A DNA stretch of 63,391 nt, filler included, from Choristocarpus tenellus KU-1152 (GCA_964200185.2; 13 parts of 13 records of this genome joined end to end with filler, not necessarily neighbours in it); one strand, 5' to 3'. Counted from the first letter of the whole stretch, positions 11,900-25,192 are shown. Translations and numbers: made by a program. Notes: generated by a model from the letters alone, not told the origin.

Positions 11900-12510
11900 T
11901 CCCTTTGTGTGGCCTATGCCTCCCCCAGAGGTTCAGCTCGATCTTTGATTTCTACTGATAAAGAAGGTGAACAACTAAAAGAGCGGTGGCCGGGTGGTAG
12001 GGCAGGGTCGATGCCGCGTGTTTTCTTCCCTGTCTTCACCAGTGGCAACAACACACGGTTGTGTGACACTGAGAACAACACAGTATCCAATCCAGATATA
12101 GACAGCACCACGGGTGAAGAGGTCAAAGAGAGCAGCCCAGATATACTGCATACAATGAAATTGTGGAGAAAAACAGGAGTCAACACCCGAGTAACATGAA
12201 TCATGAGGTTTACCTTATCGGTTATCGTGATGCCGCTCAAGAAGTGCCCAGGGAGAAGGGCGGGTCACAAGAGAACTCCAATTCAGGGCATTAGGGCAGC
12301 AGCGATCGAAAACGGAACACCAAGGGCCTCAGGGAAGATGATCTCCACGCAGGCAGAGTGGAACATGGGGGTAAAGTGTTGAAACCTGAATTCGAATTGA
12401 TTGTGCTTTCTTATGATATGGCTAGCTTGAGGCGAAGAGGTGTCATAGTGCAACAAAGCACTTATGTGTCTGTTCGGACAGACCTGAGGGCATGCTTTGC
12501 CCAATGAGAT
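11900..12510 (-). mobile_element. Possible highly decayed Ty1/copia integrase-region relic
   Basis: Frameshifted fragments LRSVRTD, DTSSPQASHIIRKHNQ, LNWSS..SPWALL and RGAVYIWIGY occur in the order expected for copia integrase and the following region. The similarity is weak. Confidence 0.25.
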
Positions 12511-13354
12511 AATGGTTGTTGATACGTGAAAGTGTGGTTATTCATTGAGGCACTCAAATGAAGAAATGCATGCTCTCTGAAGAGGCTTGTCGCCTTGACG
12601 GACAAGGGTTTCTGAGAATGTTTGACTCTGCGTATATTGCATGTAGGTGTGTATCAGGTACACTTAGTGCAGAGTGGATGTTGATGTCTTATGAGGGTAT
12701 GAGGGGGCATTCCAAGCCAAGAAAAAAAATAAACACATGATATACCACTGATTGCTTCTTCTTGTGCGAAGAAGAAGAGAGGGAAAAGCAAGAAGAAACA
12801 AGAAGACAAGGTTCAACCAATATTTGAGGGAACTGATGGAGCACATATTATATGCCTGTGTGTGTGATAGGTAGCGACTGTTCTGATGCTTCCTATGTAC
12901 TGTGATGTTCCACAGTATATGATGATGTTGTGATGATGATGGGCTGTTGAAGTAAGTGGAGATAACGACTACCAGTACACAGTACAATGCACAAATCAAC
13001 ACTCACGAAGAACTGACAATATCGTATTGTATCAAGACAAATCAAATGAGTACCCTTTGTTTTTACATAAAATTGCCTGATGGTGGTGGCAGTGGAACCC
13101 AAAGTTTGACGCTTGTAACCCCTTCTGTTACAGGTTACCGTCAGGTCAGGATTTTCTGACCCCACCAACCGCAGGTCTCCTTCTACCTCGCACAATGGTA
13201 GAGAACCTAATCGTAAAGTGTCAGTTTCCTTCTCTCGGCAGGAGCTTGGCCTCACACTCGCAACAGGAGGATCAGATAGAAAGTTGGTTATCATATGTTA
13301 TACCGACACAGCCATCTTATTCGAGGGGAATGCGACCAAGATACAGAAGTCGGT

Positions 13355-13518
13355 GAGCCAAAGTATCTTAGAGGGTAGAGTTGCGTCCATTTGGGGGCCA
13401 AATTCCAATGTTGCAATTTTGATGTAATTTTGGTTATCATACCAATTAAAAAGTGAGTGAAACTATCTTAGAGGGTACGAATTTTTCCCTGTTTGTCCAT
13501 TTGTGGGGCTTGGCTTCC
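13355..13518. mobile_element. MITE family A: left part of a + copy (13355-13454) interrupted by a - copy (13455-13518, cut by contig end)
   Basis: gagccaaagtatcttagagggtagagttgcg... is followed by gagtgaaactatcttagagggtacg..., the reverse complement of the right end. Confidence 0.8.
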
Positions 13519-14124
13519 NNNNNNNNNNNNNNNNNNNNNNNNNNNNNNNNNNNNNNNNNNNNTTAATTAATTAANNNNNNNNNNNNNNNNNNNNNNNNNN
13601 NNNNNNNNNNNNNNNNNNCCCACCCCCCCCCTTTGGACTTGAAGACTATCTCCTGCTTTCGCCTTCCTTTGTCTACAGTCTATCCAGCCCAAGAGGAAAC
13701 AATCAAGTCATTTATATGCACAAGTCTTGGGGATCACGGACTTCTTGTAACACAGTTGTCATTATTTGAAAAACAATAAATATATCTGAGTACCACGAGG
13801 GTTGGCATTTTTTTATTTATTTGGTGGAAGCAGGTCGTCCCGTGTAAAAAAAAAATGAAAAAAAAACTTCTTTTTCTTTTTCTCAATTGGTGTTGCGATT
13901 TAGAACATTTATTTAAACATCCAATGGATTGATTAGAACGTCAATATCGCAGTCAGAAATGTATTTTGAGTATTCTTTAAAAAATGGTTTATTTCTTCTT
14001 TAGATCAGATCAAGCAAAAAAAAAAACTCTTAACATGAGGGCAGAGGAGTTTACCATCGTATGATTGGTGTTGTGAGTTATCCAGCCTCGTGTCTCGATT
14101 TTGCACTAGAATGGTGGTGTACTG

Positions 14125-14533
14125 GACAATGTGATGGGAGTGGATTGATTGGTGTTGTGATACTGACAAATGTGGTAGGAGTGGATCGATTGATGTTGTG
14201 ATACTGACAAATGTGATGGGAGTGGATTGATTAGTGTTCTGATACGGACAAATGTGATGGGAGTGGATTGATTGGTGTTGTGATACTGACAAATGTGATG
14301 GGAGTGGATTGATTGATGTTGTGATATTGACAAGTGTGATGGGAGTGGATTGATTGATGTTGTGATACTGACAAATGTGATGGGAGTGGATTGATTGATG
14401 TTGTGATACTGACAAATGTGATGGGAGTGGATTGATTAATGTTCTGATACGGACAAATGTGATGGGAGTGGATTGATTAATGTTGTGATACTGACAAATG
14501 TGATGGGAGTGGATTGATTGATGTTCTGATACC
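14125..14533. repeat. Minisatellite, 41-bp unit x10
   Basis: Unit gacaaatgtgatgggagtggattgattgatgttgtgatact starts at 14125, 14165, 14206, 14247 ... 14493. The period is not a multiple of 3 and there are no spacers. Confidence 0.95.
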
Positions 14534-17154
14534 GATGAGAAGTTGGTTGCTTTATTTCCAAATTTGAACGTACACTGCTGATATTGATAATTTTAAAAAT
14601 GTGTGTTTCCTTTTTTGATACTACCCTTCAAAACGTTGGTTTATCTTGTGAAAATATATATTTTATATTTATACATTTCCTTTTTTTTTAATAGCACCAT
14701 TCAAGACACTGGTTGTCTGTACCAGTGAAATAAATTGAACTCTCAGATGTGAGTGTATCAAATGTTATCAAATGTTTTACATAATTCTGGTGTCCCGCTT
14801 ATGACTACACTCTCTATCCAGAATGAAACGATTTTTACTGATTAAAACATTCAGGAAGGGATTGCCCAGCACACCAGTTTTGCTGTAGATATTAAAGGCG
14901 TTATTACACAATACTTACTTTTTGTGGTTAATGTATTTTTATCAGTGCTATTTCAATCTCTGGTGGGATTCTGCGCTCTCAGGGTACGAGGTTTTGAACA
15001 TTAGGGTTAACACAGATTTACATCGTTGTTGACAAAGATGTTAACAAAGACTTACATGAATGTTATCATTGTTGGTAACATTGTTGTTGACAAAGATTTA
15101 CATGAATGTTATCATTGTTACCCACATTGTTACCCACATTGTTACTAACATCGTTGTTATCGAAGTCGCACTTCATTGTGAACATTGCCATCTCCCCTGT
15201 ATCATGTCGGGTCAGGCTATTGGCGTCCTGGGTTGCCCTTTAAACGTTCTACCCATCTCATGTGACCGTATCTATGCTCTCAGTAGTATGAAGTCTATCA
15301 GCAAAAAGGGGATGTGCTTTTAACATATAATTTTGAGGCAAGAGAACTTAGGTTCTCCCCCTGTGTACAGTCCACATTTCTTCACCTTCTACATGAGGAA
15401 GTGTTGGTGTATGTTGGTATATCCATGATGGATATCGACCTTTCACACTATTGGTGATCCTCACTCGGGTCAGTCAGTTGGTACAGCTATGGTTGTTTCG
15501 TTGGATGCCACAATCAGCTTGCGCTGGGGCGTATTGATGTTGGTTCTTGAGAGGTATCTCCCACTCGATTTGCATTTTTTTGTTTTGCAGAGGAGGTACG
15601 GATGTGTTGTCGTATAACCTCTGAGCAGCTGTGTTGTGTGTCATGTGTGTGTGTTGTGTGTGTGTCTGTCTGTCTTTTGGAATAAATTTCTTCGTTGACA
15701 AGTGTGTGTGTGTGTGCTTGTGTGTTTGTGTGTCCCCTTCCTCAGTAACGTGTCACCCTCGGAAGGTTCTCAGTTACTGTTCTCAGTCTTGTTCAAACGA
15801 ACCCTCGCCTTGCTTTTGTCGGGTGTTCTGATTGGTGTTCAAAAGTATATTATTCTAATATATGGTACTATTATTGCTATTATTATTTTATTCTAGTTTG
15901 TTCCCCCGATATTTATGAAAAGACTTGTTTGTCTTCAGGCTTGACTCTTGTTTTTATGTCTTGAAATGCTCCTCAAAAACACTGCGCCTGAACCAGTCAG
16001 TCAGTTGCATTGATCCTTCCCCCCCCCCCCCCCCCCCCCATACACACCCTTTCTTGCTTGTTTTTTTGTTTGTTTGATTTTTTTCTGTTTGCAGCGGTGG
16101 GGTCTGGTCATCCATACGCTGTTGGTGAGTCATGTTCTTATGAAAAGGAGGAAGAGGAAGAGGAGGAGGAGGAAGAAAAGACTAGGACCTGATCCGGATG
16201 AGATAGGGTATATAGACCCAGAGTGTATTATAAAATATGGAAGGCGGTTACAGCCATGTGTGATAAAACGCCACATACACTTTATTATATATACTTTATT
16301 ACTTACATTTTAGTATATACACTTTATTACTTACATTTTCTCATTTGAAGAGAGGAGAAATGGGACACAGGGACAGCGTATTGTGGCCAGGCGTATCCCA
16401 GAAATCCTTTTTTTATCAGTTTCTAAGTAGGTGTTTTCCCTTGTTCCTAAGTGGCAAGAAAAAGCACACATTTTCTGTGTGTGTGTTTTTTTTCAACATT
16501 TTTTTTCTCAAATGACAGATATGGATACAACCGGCTTTGTTACATACGTTTTTTGTTCTCTGTTTTTTTACGTAAGAGGACATGAAAGTCCGTCTCGTTC
16601 TTTTCTACTGCTGCAGGTGTTTTGAATATTTAGGGTTTGTTTTTGCAAATATATATTATATGTGTGACTCTTCTGTCGACTAATGGGTCATGTATTCTGT
16701 GCTAAAACAAGAAAATCCACTGGGTTGTTTTGTTTGTATAAATATTATATATATATATTTATTTATTTTTGTTTCCTCACAAGGATATTTGTGTTTACAT
16801 TCATGTATTTATATTTATATTTACGTGAGTATTGCTCTTGGAAGGCAGAAAAGTTAAAAAAAAGTTATGTATGTAGAGTTCTCTAACCTAGAATTTTTTT
16901 TAACATATTTACGTCATCCCGTTCCAGAACAAAAATAAATATTAAAAAAAAAAACACAATACAAGATTGATACAATAGTTGAAGAACGGACCGATCAAGC
17001 AGTCACTGTTTGCCGTACCCCCCTTCCTTCCTTCCNNNNNNNNNNNNNNNNNNNNNNNNNNNNNNNNNNNNNNNNNNNNTTAATTAATTAANNNNNNNNN
17101 NNNNNNNNNNNNNNNNNNNNNNNNNNNNNNNNNNNGAAGGTCGCGTGGACGGGA

Positions 17155-17359
17155 GGTCAAATCATATAGGTATTTCTTTCAAAAAATTGTGGGGGGGGGG
17201 GGGGTGTCTTCATGAGAGTGTCCATTTGGACCATGACCAGGACAAGTGTACTTACATTATCCATCTGACGTATGCAACCAAATCACCCAAAAATCGCGAC
17301 ATGAAGATATGGGCCTTGAATGGATAAGTGTCACACACACACATCCGATACTTTGAGCC
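17155..17359 (+). mobile_element. MITE family B copy
   Basis: G-tract, gagtgtccatttggacca, tgcaaccaaatcacccaaaaatcgcgaca and end gatactttgagcc; matches 43247-43417 and 52343-52408. Confidence 0.7.
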
Positions 17360-17466
17360 AGGAATGCGTGTGAGTATTTCTGGCGGATGGGTGCAGCACA
17401 TTAGGTAACCACACCTGTCTTAAGCAACCAAAGATCTTACTCCAGTATTTTCCAACAAAATGTTCA

Positions 17467-17730
17467 GAGCTGAACATATCTTAGCAGGTGGAGCGGCGTC
17501 TATTGGGGGTCAAAATCCAACGTTGCTATTTTGATTTAATTTTAGCTATTGTGTTTGTTAGGAAGTGTCAATATTCTTGTTCCAGACACACCTTTTCATG
17601 ATGTATACATTTTACCTACTCTGAAACGTTTCGGAGTAGATAAAATGTCATAAAATACACATGGGAAGCCAAGCCCCAAACGGACAAACAGGGCAAAACT
17701 CGTGTACCACCCTCTAAGATACTTTCACTC
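17467..17730 (+). mobile_element. MITE family A, full copy
   Basis: Both TIRs present (right: ccctctaagatactttcactc) with conserved interior. Confidence 0.88.
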
Positions 17731-18221
17731 GCTCTTTATTCACTCTTGCTATGACCTGTTTTTGGTGTTGAGGTGAATTGCAAATTGCCGTCGATATCCA
17801 TTACAAGAGCAGTTGCCACATGACGAAATGTAGGTACAATGACCTCTGTGAGTTGATACGTATCACTGAACGGTTAGATCAATGAATAGGCAGATCAGGT
17901 CAATCTGGCACTGAATTTGGTTGAGAGGCAACACCTCTCCAGCGTAATTGAGAGCAAACAATAGAGGATGTACTATACACTTGATTGTTTTATTTAAGCC
18001 ACACTAACCCAGCTGGGAGAACGATACACTATGGAGTTTTTTAATGTTTGCATAGTCTCATGGAGAAAGTGATACCATATCATGGACCTGGTCCATCATG
18101 TGTCAATGTTGAGTGTATACTTCAGTTTTTGCTACAATTCAAAGAGGGGAACTATCCTTATGGCGTTAGAGGTAAACGCTATGCACTATTAATGCAATGT
18201 ACAGAGTTGTATCCACAGCAA

Positions 18222-18735
18222 GAGTGAAAGTATCTTAGAGGGTACAAGTTTTGCCCTGTTTGTCCGTCGGGTTTTTTATGACATTTACCTACTCTGAAAG
18301 ATTTCGGAGTAGGTAAAATGTGTAAGTTATGAAAGAGTCGAAGTATCTTAGAGGGTAGAACCGAGTCCATTTGGGGGCCAAAACCCAATGTTGTGATTTT
18401 GATTTAATTTTGGCTATCGTGCTTGTTAAGAAGTGCCAATATCCTTGTTCCAGACATACACATGGTACCTACTCCAAAACGTACACATTTTTCCTACTCT
18501 GAAATGTTTCGGAGTAGGAAAAATGTCGTAAAAAAACCCCGTGGCAAGCCAAGCCCCAAACGGACAAACAGAGCAACACTCGTACCCTCTAAGATACTTT
18601 CATGCAAAAGGTATGTCCGGAATAAGGATATTGACACTTCCTAACAAACACGATAGCCAGAATTACATCAAAATCGGAACATTGGATTTTTGTCCCCAAT
18701 CGGACGTGGCTCTACCCTCTAGGATACTTTGACTC
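18222..18735. mobile_element. Nested MITE family A: a - strand copy (18222-18334 and 18606-18735) interrupted by a + copy (18335-18605)
   Basis: The outer copy reads ttatgaaa|inner|aaaaggtatgtcc, against uninterrupted ttatgaaaaggtgtgtcc at about 54253. All four TIRs are visible. Confidence 0.85.
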
Positions 18736-20174
18736 TAATGTGATATACTTACATGTACCTGTGTATGTATGCTACGAAATCTTCCGATTTATACGCAATG
18801 TTACTCCTCTTCATTTCCAAACGATCTTCAATTTCACAAACGCTACTGTGTGGTACATATATTTGTATGTGAAGGCACGAACCTGCTACTTATCACCCTC
18901 AAAACTGATAAAATAATCTGGCTCCATATTGCAAACACTTCTTCACAGCAACAACAGAAGTGCATCACTGAAGATTGATTAACGCTTCAATCAAAACTCT
19001 GCCACTACTTGATGAAAGGTATGATACACGATGGACACTATTTCTATTGTCAATTGTTTTGGTCGGGGAGAAATATGCCAACCTTGCATAATTGGGATGG
19101 CCCAACACAGTGAAGCAGCACCAGAAGTATAATATTATGGATAGTGGCTATTACGTGCATTTCCTGCTTCTTCATATACATACATGAAGCTCTACATATG
19201 TATGTGTATGTAGGGTGTCAATACTAAGAACTCACATCAACTGTGATACAGTAACAACATTAAGCAGGTATACTTTGAAGTAGTAGTGAAGGATAAATTT
19301 CCCCCCCTCTTTTGTCTGTGTTGCATAACTTACCAGAATGAATGCTGAGTATGTTGTCTGTGTATGTATAACCATTTTCCTCCACAACATATACTTGCCA
19401 AATATTTTGGACCCATTGCATCATGGATAATACAGCAGTACCACAGGTATGACATATCCTTATTATGCCTACTTACTACATTTCGCAGAAATGTTACAGA
19501 CGCTTATTGTTTGGATTGCTTCTCGCGCTCTAACCAGTGCAAGAAGTGAGTATGCACGCAGACAACCCAAATGGGAACATTCCAGTCGCTATAGAAGAAA
19601 GGAAAGGTTTTCAGTGGTGTTTTGACTTCTAAAAACTCGATCTTTTTAGACTCCAATCGTGGTTTCCCTCATCCACCATTGGTCTCTGATTTTTGTCATA
19701 CACTTGACTTGAGAATAATCATACTTCAAAGTACCTTCTATCTAATAACCTTGTGGACTGGAGATACATATCCCGTTAACATAAGGTGTGGGAGCGTTCA
19801 TAACAGATAGATGCATGTTTTGTTGTCATTGGCCATCAAGGGAATAAGTATAAACATGTAAAGCAAGGAATACAACAATCATGCGACAACATTAAATACT
19901 GATTTTTGTGACCCCTTTGAGATGGCACACCCAATTCCGCTGGGCGAACCATCTCTGCTTTTATTTCTCACTTCAACAACAGATTCTGTGTATACAATGT
20001 TGGCAGTCGCCTCCTGCATCAACTTTGTCGTGCCATAACATTTGATCGACAACATTTTTTTCATGAAAATTCGCTTGCTGTAATCACATCAGCATGCTTA
20101 ACCTTATTTGATGGGTCTCGATTGGCCAACTTCCAGTAATCGTGAGAAATACAGGATCATACTTCCATGCCAAG

Positions 20175-20471
20175 TCAAATGAGGTATTCTGAAGGCACAG
20201 GCCTCCTGTGAGACTTAAATGTGTTGTACACCCTGTCCAATTTGGTGCACTCCATGCCTTTCTCGTTGGAATATATCAGATGATAAGCAATACTCATCAT
20301 GAAGAATCTCTCCACAATGACTCTGGACAGCCCCCCTTCCTCCTTAAGACTGACAGGAATGTTGGCTCTCATTCTAGGCAACGCGTAGTCACAGTGGCCT
20401 CGTACATAGTGCTTCGCCCGCCCCCAGACCATCTCTATCGGGTTCAATTCACAGTGTCCTGTGAGGTGCAC
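20175..20471 (-). mobile_element. C-terminal fragment of a Tc1/IS630-superfamily (DDE) transposase
   Basis: HCELNPIEMVWGRAKHYVRGHCDY...FKSHRRP. ELNPIE carries the catalytic E, and the KSHRR tail is typical of this eukaryotic subfamily. The N-terminal part is missing. Confidence 0.75.
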
Positions 20472-22756
20472 GTGACAACTCGGAGCTCATTGTGCGTCAC
20501 AGTGTGCTGTGCGTGGTTTAAACAGTATCAAGCCGAGGCCCGCCCACGTACCGTTTTGGTGGTTACCAATCTTGATTTTTTTGAAAACATTGCCCAACGA
20601 ATTAATCGACGATCAGCATATCAAATGAACGCTTTTCATCTAAGCTATCGATTTACGCACAGTAATTCTTCCGCAAACATTTTTTTGGTCGTCATAATTC
20701 AATACGAAACATTTTCAAGGTTGTGCCGAAAACATTCGGTTAAAATTTAACCTTACCAAATAATTTTGCGAAAGAATTTCTTTCTGGAAATCGATACCTT
20801 AGATCAATAACTTTCATTCGATGGGCTAATCGTCGTTTAACTCGTTGAGCAACCTTTTCAAAAAAATCAAGACCAGTCTGATCCTAGAGGCGACTCCCAA
20901 CACTATAAGTTTCGAGAGTAGGAAAGTCTTTGGGAGACACCAACAAGAGTTGCAAGGGTGTATCAATAGTATACTGACTAATGTATTCGAAAGCACTAGT
21001 GTCATGAAACATTTCAGTTGAATTGGCTTCAATTCGTCAAATTGGAATAAACGAATAACTAAACTGAAAAGTTTCATTTTTTTTCGTTGGCGCAATAAAG
21101 CGGTACTACTAGGTTATCCCTCTAGAGCAATCTTGCTTTTTTTTTTCATTGCATTGCCACAAGAGTTGTACAACAATATATATATGCCACGCATTGTCTT
21201 ATAGTATTCTTATGTTGAGGACATTTTATATACACNNNNNNNNNNNNNNNNNNNNNNNNNNNNNNNNNNNNNNNNNNNNTTAATTAATTAANNNNNNNNN
21301 NNNNNNNNNNNNNNNNNNNNNNNNNNNNNNNNNNNCTGTTGGGGTACCAGGGTGAAATGGCAAGAGGGGGGTGGGGGGGGATGAATGGGAGACCTAGTGG
21401 CTAGTAAGGTGTGAGGGGAGAAGGGAATTATGGGGTTGATCGATTGAGGGTCACATTGGTGGATGAGGTCCCTTTCAAATGGAAGATTGGAGGTTGGGGG
21501 GGGGGGTTACAAGGGTAAGGGTTGGACAGGGTGTGAAAAAATATCCTGTTCTGATCTTGTGCCTAAAACTTGTTCTCTCCCTTCCATAGCCCCATCTCCA
21601 TGTGGACATCTGAAAGAAACCAGATGAACCTTTGATTTTCCATTCCCTGATATAAGTTCCCCTATTTCCTTACACCGAGCTATTAGTCCATTAAGTCTCT
21701 CCTTGACAAACCACCCTGATCCCTTTCTGTCCTGAGCCTGTAGTTCCTCTTTGGGTGGGTTTTGTCAGTCAAGTTTCCTTTTCCCAGGCAACAACCTGAC
21801 ACCTCCGCAGAAATGATTGCAAAATTGAGTTGGTATGGGGCTAATCCTACGCCGGCATCAGCATTCTCTCCTTACTTCTTAGTTGAGGGTTAGGGTTAAA
21901 GAGAAGAGATGGTTGCCCGGCGCTTGAGCACCATGCACATTTTTTATTTATTTCATGTATTTGTAGGTGGCAGATTTGATGTATCTGGGTATTGACTGCA
22001 CAACCAGAGTACAGGTGTGTGTGTGTGTTTTGTTTTGCTTGGTTATACCTTTAGCAATGAGATATTATCATTATATCATTATGATATTATCACCTGTACG
22101 TATGTACCACATGTCTTCGAAAGGACCGTATGGAACTGGTCTCCATGGATGTTTTTGGGGATTGTGGGATGAGTAGTGAGCTTGCTCCAGGGTTGTGGGA
22201 TTTTTATCCATTTCCATCCTTACTCCACTCTGCGGTTTTTGAAAATTCATTTTATGGCATCACATTGTGCATCTACTGTTAACATTCACTGAGGTGTTTG
22301 TGTGGGAGCAAGAGGTTTAAGGAAGGTGATATTGCCTTGATAAAGTTGTAGAGAGTGTTCAAAATGCTTTCTATGAATTTTTGATGTGCTGAGTTTTGTG
22401 GAAGGAATGATCTACATCCACAGTTATGCTATTTGTTCAGGCTTTGAAATATCGTTAGGATGTATATAATTTTGACACATACTTTATGTTATGATTTGGG
22501 TATAAACAGTCTATGAGTATATAGCTCAGCCGAGGTTTAGCAGATCGAACTCATAAATGTTTAGCAGAAGTAGGATTGCATGTGATCGGGATTGTATCCC
22601 AGCCTTCAATCTGCTAGATGCAGGAGTTCTGTGAATGAGAAGTATTTGTGCTGAAGTATGTTGATTCGTTAGATGGCAGGAAATATCTTGAATCACATTA
22701 GCCATACTTTTTTTGGTTGGCATCCTCTCACTCAGAGCATTTTCTATTCCCCCTAG

Positions 22757-23711
22757 GTGAAGCATGCAGCAGACCCCAACTGTACCTGGGGCATAGATGG
22801 GACCACAGGGGCCTTGACTGACATGAAGAAGCTGGGTATCTGGGAGCCATACTCAGTCAAGATCCAGACCTACAAGACAGCTGTTGAGGTATATATTTGA
22901 GGTTACCAATGGTAGAGTGTCTTGACTCAATCTTGCTAAACATCTCTATTCCCACCTGAATGGTTTTTTTTCAAAGGAAGATTTGCTTTGAAGTGGTTGT
23001 CAGTGTGTACATATGGATCGTTACAGATCATAAGGTAGTTTGGTAGAATATACCTCATGGCAACATGGTTGCATTTTGTTGCTTACCCCAAGACTAACAC
23101 ATTTTTGATCTAATAATGTTCTTGGATCTGATATATTCAATGTGACTGATTTCATTCTTCATTAAAAGCATAGTATAGAATGAAATCTACTATAAGATAG
23201 TGTACTTGTTTAATGTTTGACTGCAACAAAGAGACGGTGAGAGTGACTATTTGATCCAACACAGCGAAAAATATGTGTTAATGTATGTATGTTTCAGTGA
23301 CATTGCCATCAATGATGTGTGACAGTAGATTGTGGTCTGGTAAAGCTCCCCTTTTGCCTGAAAGCATGTTGATCCCGTTCCTGTCATTCGTAAGTATTTA
23401 TTGAGGTTGAAGGGTACTGATAATCTATTCTTTCTTGCCATTCGACCTACTTAAATCCTACTGTTTCTAATAGTATTTGTATTGGTACTACTAGATAAAT
23501 ATCGACTTTTTTTTATGGCTCTCTCGCAACCTATCATATGCCTCCCATGCAACGTAGTGTAGAGGTAATGTATATATCAAATGTGTCAGGACATTGCAAC
23601 CCACTTCTTCTTGCCTTCCGTGCTAATTTCCTGTTCTGCTATTAGGCATCTTGCATGATTCTGCGTATCGATGATATAGTATCTGGAATCAAGCAGAAGA
23701 GTCAAGGATGA
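22757..23711 (+). CDS. CCT3: T-complex protein 1 subunit gamma, last two exons (22757-22888, 23646-23711)
   Basis: VKHAADPNCTWGIDGTTGALTDMKKLGIWEPYSVKIQTYKTAVE | ASCMILRIDDIVSGIKQKSQG*. GT-AG phase-0 intron; matches the CCT gamma C-terminus (GIWEP..VK.QTYKTAVE...LRIDDIVSG). Confidence 0.93.
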
Positions 23712-24974
23712 TGAAAAGTCCATGTCAATCACAACGATGGGGCCATGATGCAAGAAGTAGAGACGTGAATCTTCCTGTATCCCTTAGGCAAAGGTGGTTT
23801 TTTCTTGGTGGGTGGGGGGTCCAGGTACTACGATAGCAGGCTGGTCATGTGTTCTTGATTACTGCACATGTGATATCAGATCGTACTGTGGAACTGCTAT
23901 ATTTTTCCAATTTTATTGAAAGCCGTGTGTGGTGGCTTGCATTTTGATGGCTATCTAGTTGACTTGGTGAAGATGTACAACATAGTGGGGGGGAAGATTT
24001 GTCCAGTGATATGATTAGGGTTGAGAGACGGATGACCTAACGAGAACCAGTGCTGGATGTGCACAATGGGTTTTAACTTCTGAGGTAATTGTCATTCCTG
24101 ACAAAGGTTATTGTTGTCAAGTGCAGCAGGAGGTCATGCCGTTGTAGAAACAAAGCGGCAGTAGTCAGTTGCCCCTCAATGTTGTTGAAATTCTTGTTGA
24201 CTATCTGAGCTCTTCACCTAGATGCTTCCCCATAATAGCTCTCAATCATGCCTCAGTGTCCTCGCCACGCTACCAAAGCGTCCTTGATCATCCACAAAGG
24301 TCCTTCTGGACATCCTTTGCATCAAACAGTAAGAACATATTAGCCCAACAGCGAGGGATTTTATATAGTAGTACCTTGGAAGTTATTTTATCGGGAGGGT
24401 GACACTGCTGTATCTGTAGTAATCACCAAGTGGAGCAAAATATCCTTTATCGATTGCACACTCCTGGGAGTGTGAAACAAACATGCGCTCAAACTGTTGT
24501 GTATGTAAGTTATGTGGTGCCATTGCGTTACATATCAACTGCAACTGTCTACTGCAGAGTAGAAATCATACGCAAAACGGTTACTAACCTGCACTATACG
24601 AGGTTGAAGAATTACTCCTGCTAAAATGAAGTATCTCAATGTTAAATTGTTGCTCAAGAAGTACGTCGACTGGGTCATTTAGGTGAACTACCCATCTTCG
24701 ATACTTACCTTATCCTCACTCCAGAGAAGTATTTCTCTGTGCATGCCTCTAGAAAGGGCTGTAGTGCCAGTCGTGCTTGTTGGAAGGACTTCTTGCTACT
24801 TCCTTGGTCTCCCTTCACACTCCCATTTTTTCCTTTGTAACATTAAAAAAAAAACTAAACAGATGAGAATTTCAGTCTAGTGCACTAGTGCACATCTGAA
24901 CTTGTCCTGAGCGAAAAATGGTGCTATCGATATTTTCCATGTGATTTTAGTGGTGTTTGGACTGGGTTGCACGG

Positions 24975-25192
24975 ACAATAAACCAAGTTCCCTAGTTATT
25001 TCCTTTGTTCGGAATTACAATAAACCAAGTTCCCTAGTTATTTCCTTCGTTCGGAATTACAATAAACCAAGTTCCCTAGTTATTTCCTTTGTTCGGAATT
25101 ACAATAAACCAAGTTCCCTAGTTATTTCCTTCGTTCGGAATTACAATAAACCAAGTTCCCTAGTTACCTAGTTATTTCCTTTGTTCGGAATT
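24975..25192. repeat. Minisatellite, 42-bp unit x5, with alternating T/C variants
   Basis: Unit acaataaaccaagttccctagttatttcctt(t/c)gttcggaatt at 24975, 25017, 25059, 25101 and 25143; the last unit has an 8-bp internal duplication. Confidence 0.95.

Noticed and set aside
14125-14533. Possible CRISPR array or repeat-protein ORFs (14005..14415, 14106..14333)
   Set aside because: Units are contiguous with no unique spacers, there are no cas genes, and the 41-bp period shifts frame every unit.
16095-16124. Possible 30-bp micro-exon (tttgcag|...|gtgagt)
   Set aside because: Splice signals are good, but the peptide is too short to assign a frame or family and no partner exons were identified.
19489-19545. 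Possible exon NVTDAYCLDCFSRSNQCK (zinc-finger-like)
   Set aside because: An isolated 57-bp candidate with no convincing neighbouring exons.
20390-20505. Three CACAGTG heptamers (RSS/Transib-like)
   Set aside because: Two are explained by His-Cys codons of the - strand transposase; no inverted partner, nonamer or 5-bp TSD was found.
24941-25171. ORF with (NYNKPSSLVISFVR)n repeats
   Set aside because: By-product of the 42-bp minisatellite; no ATG start or splice support.
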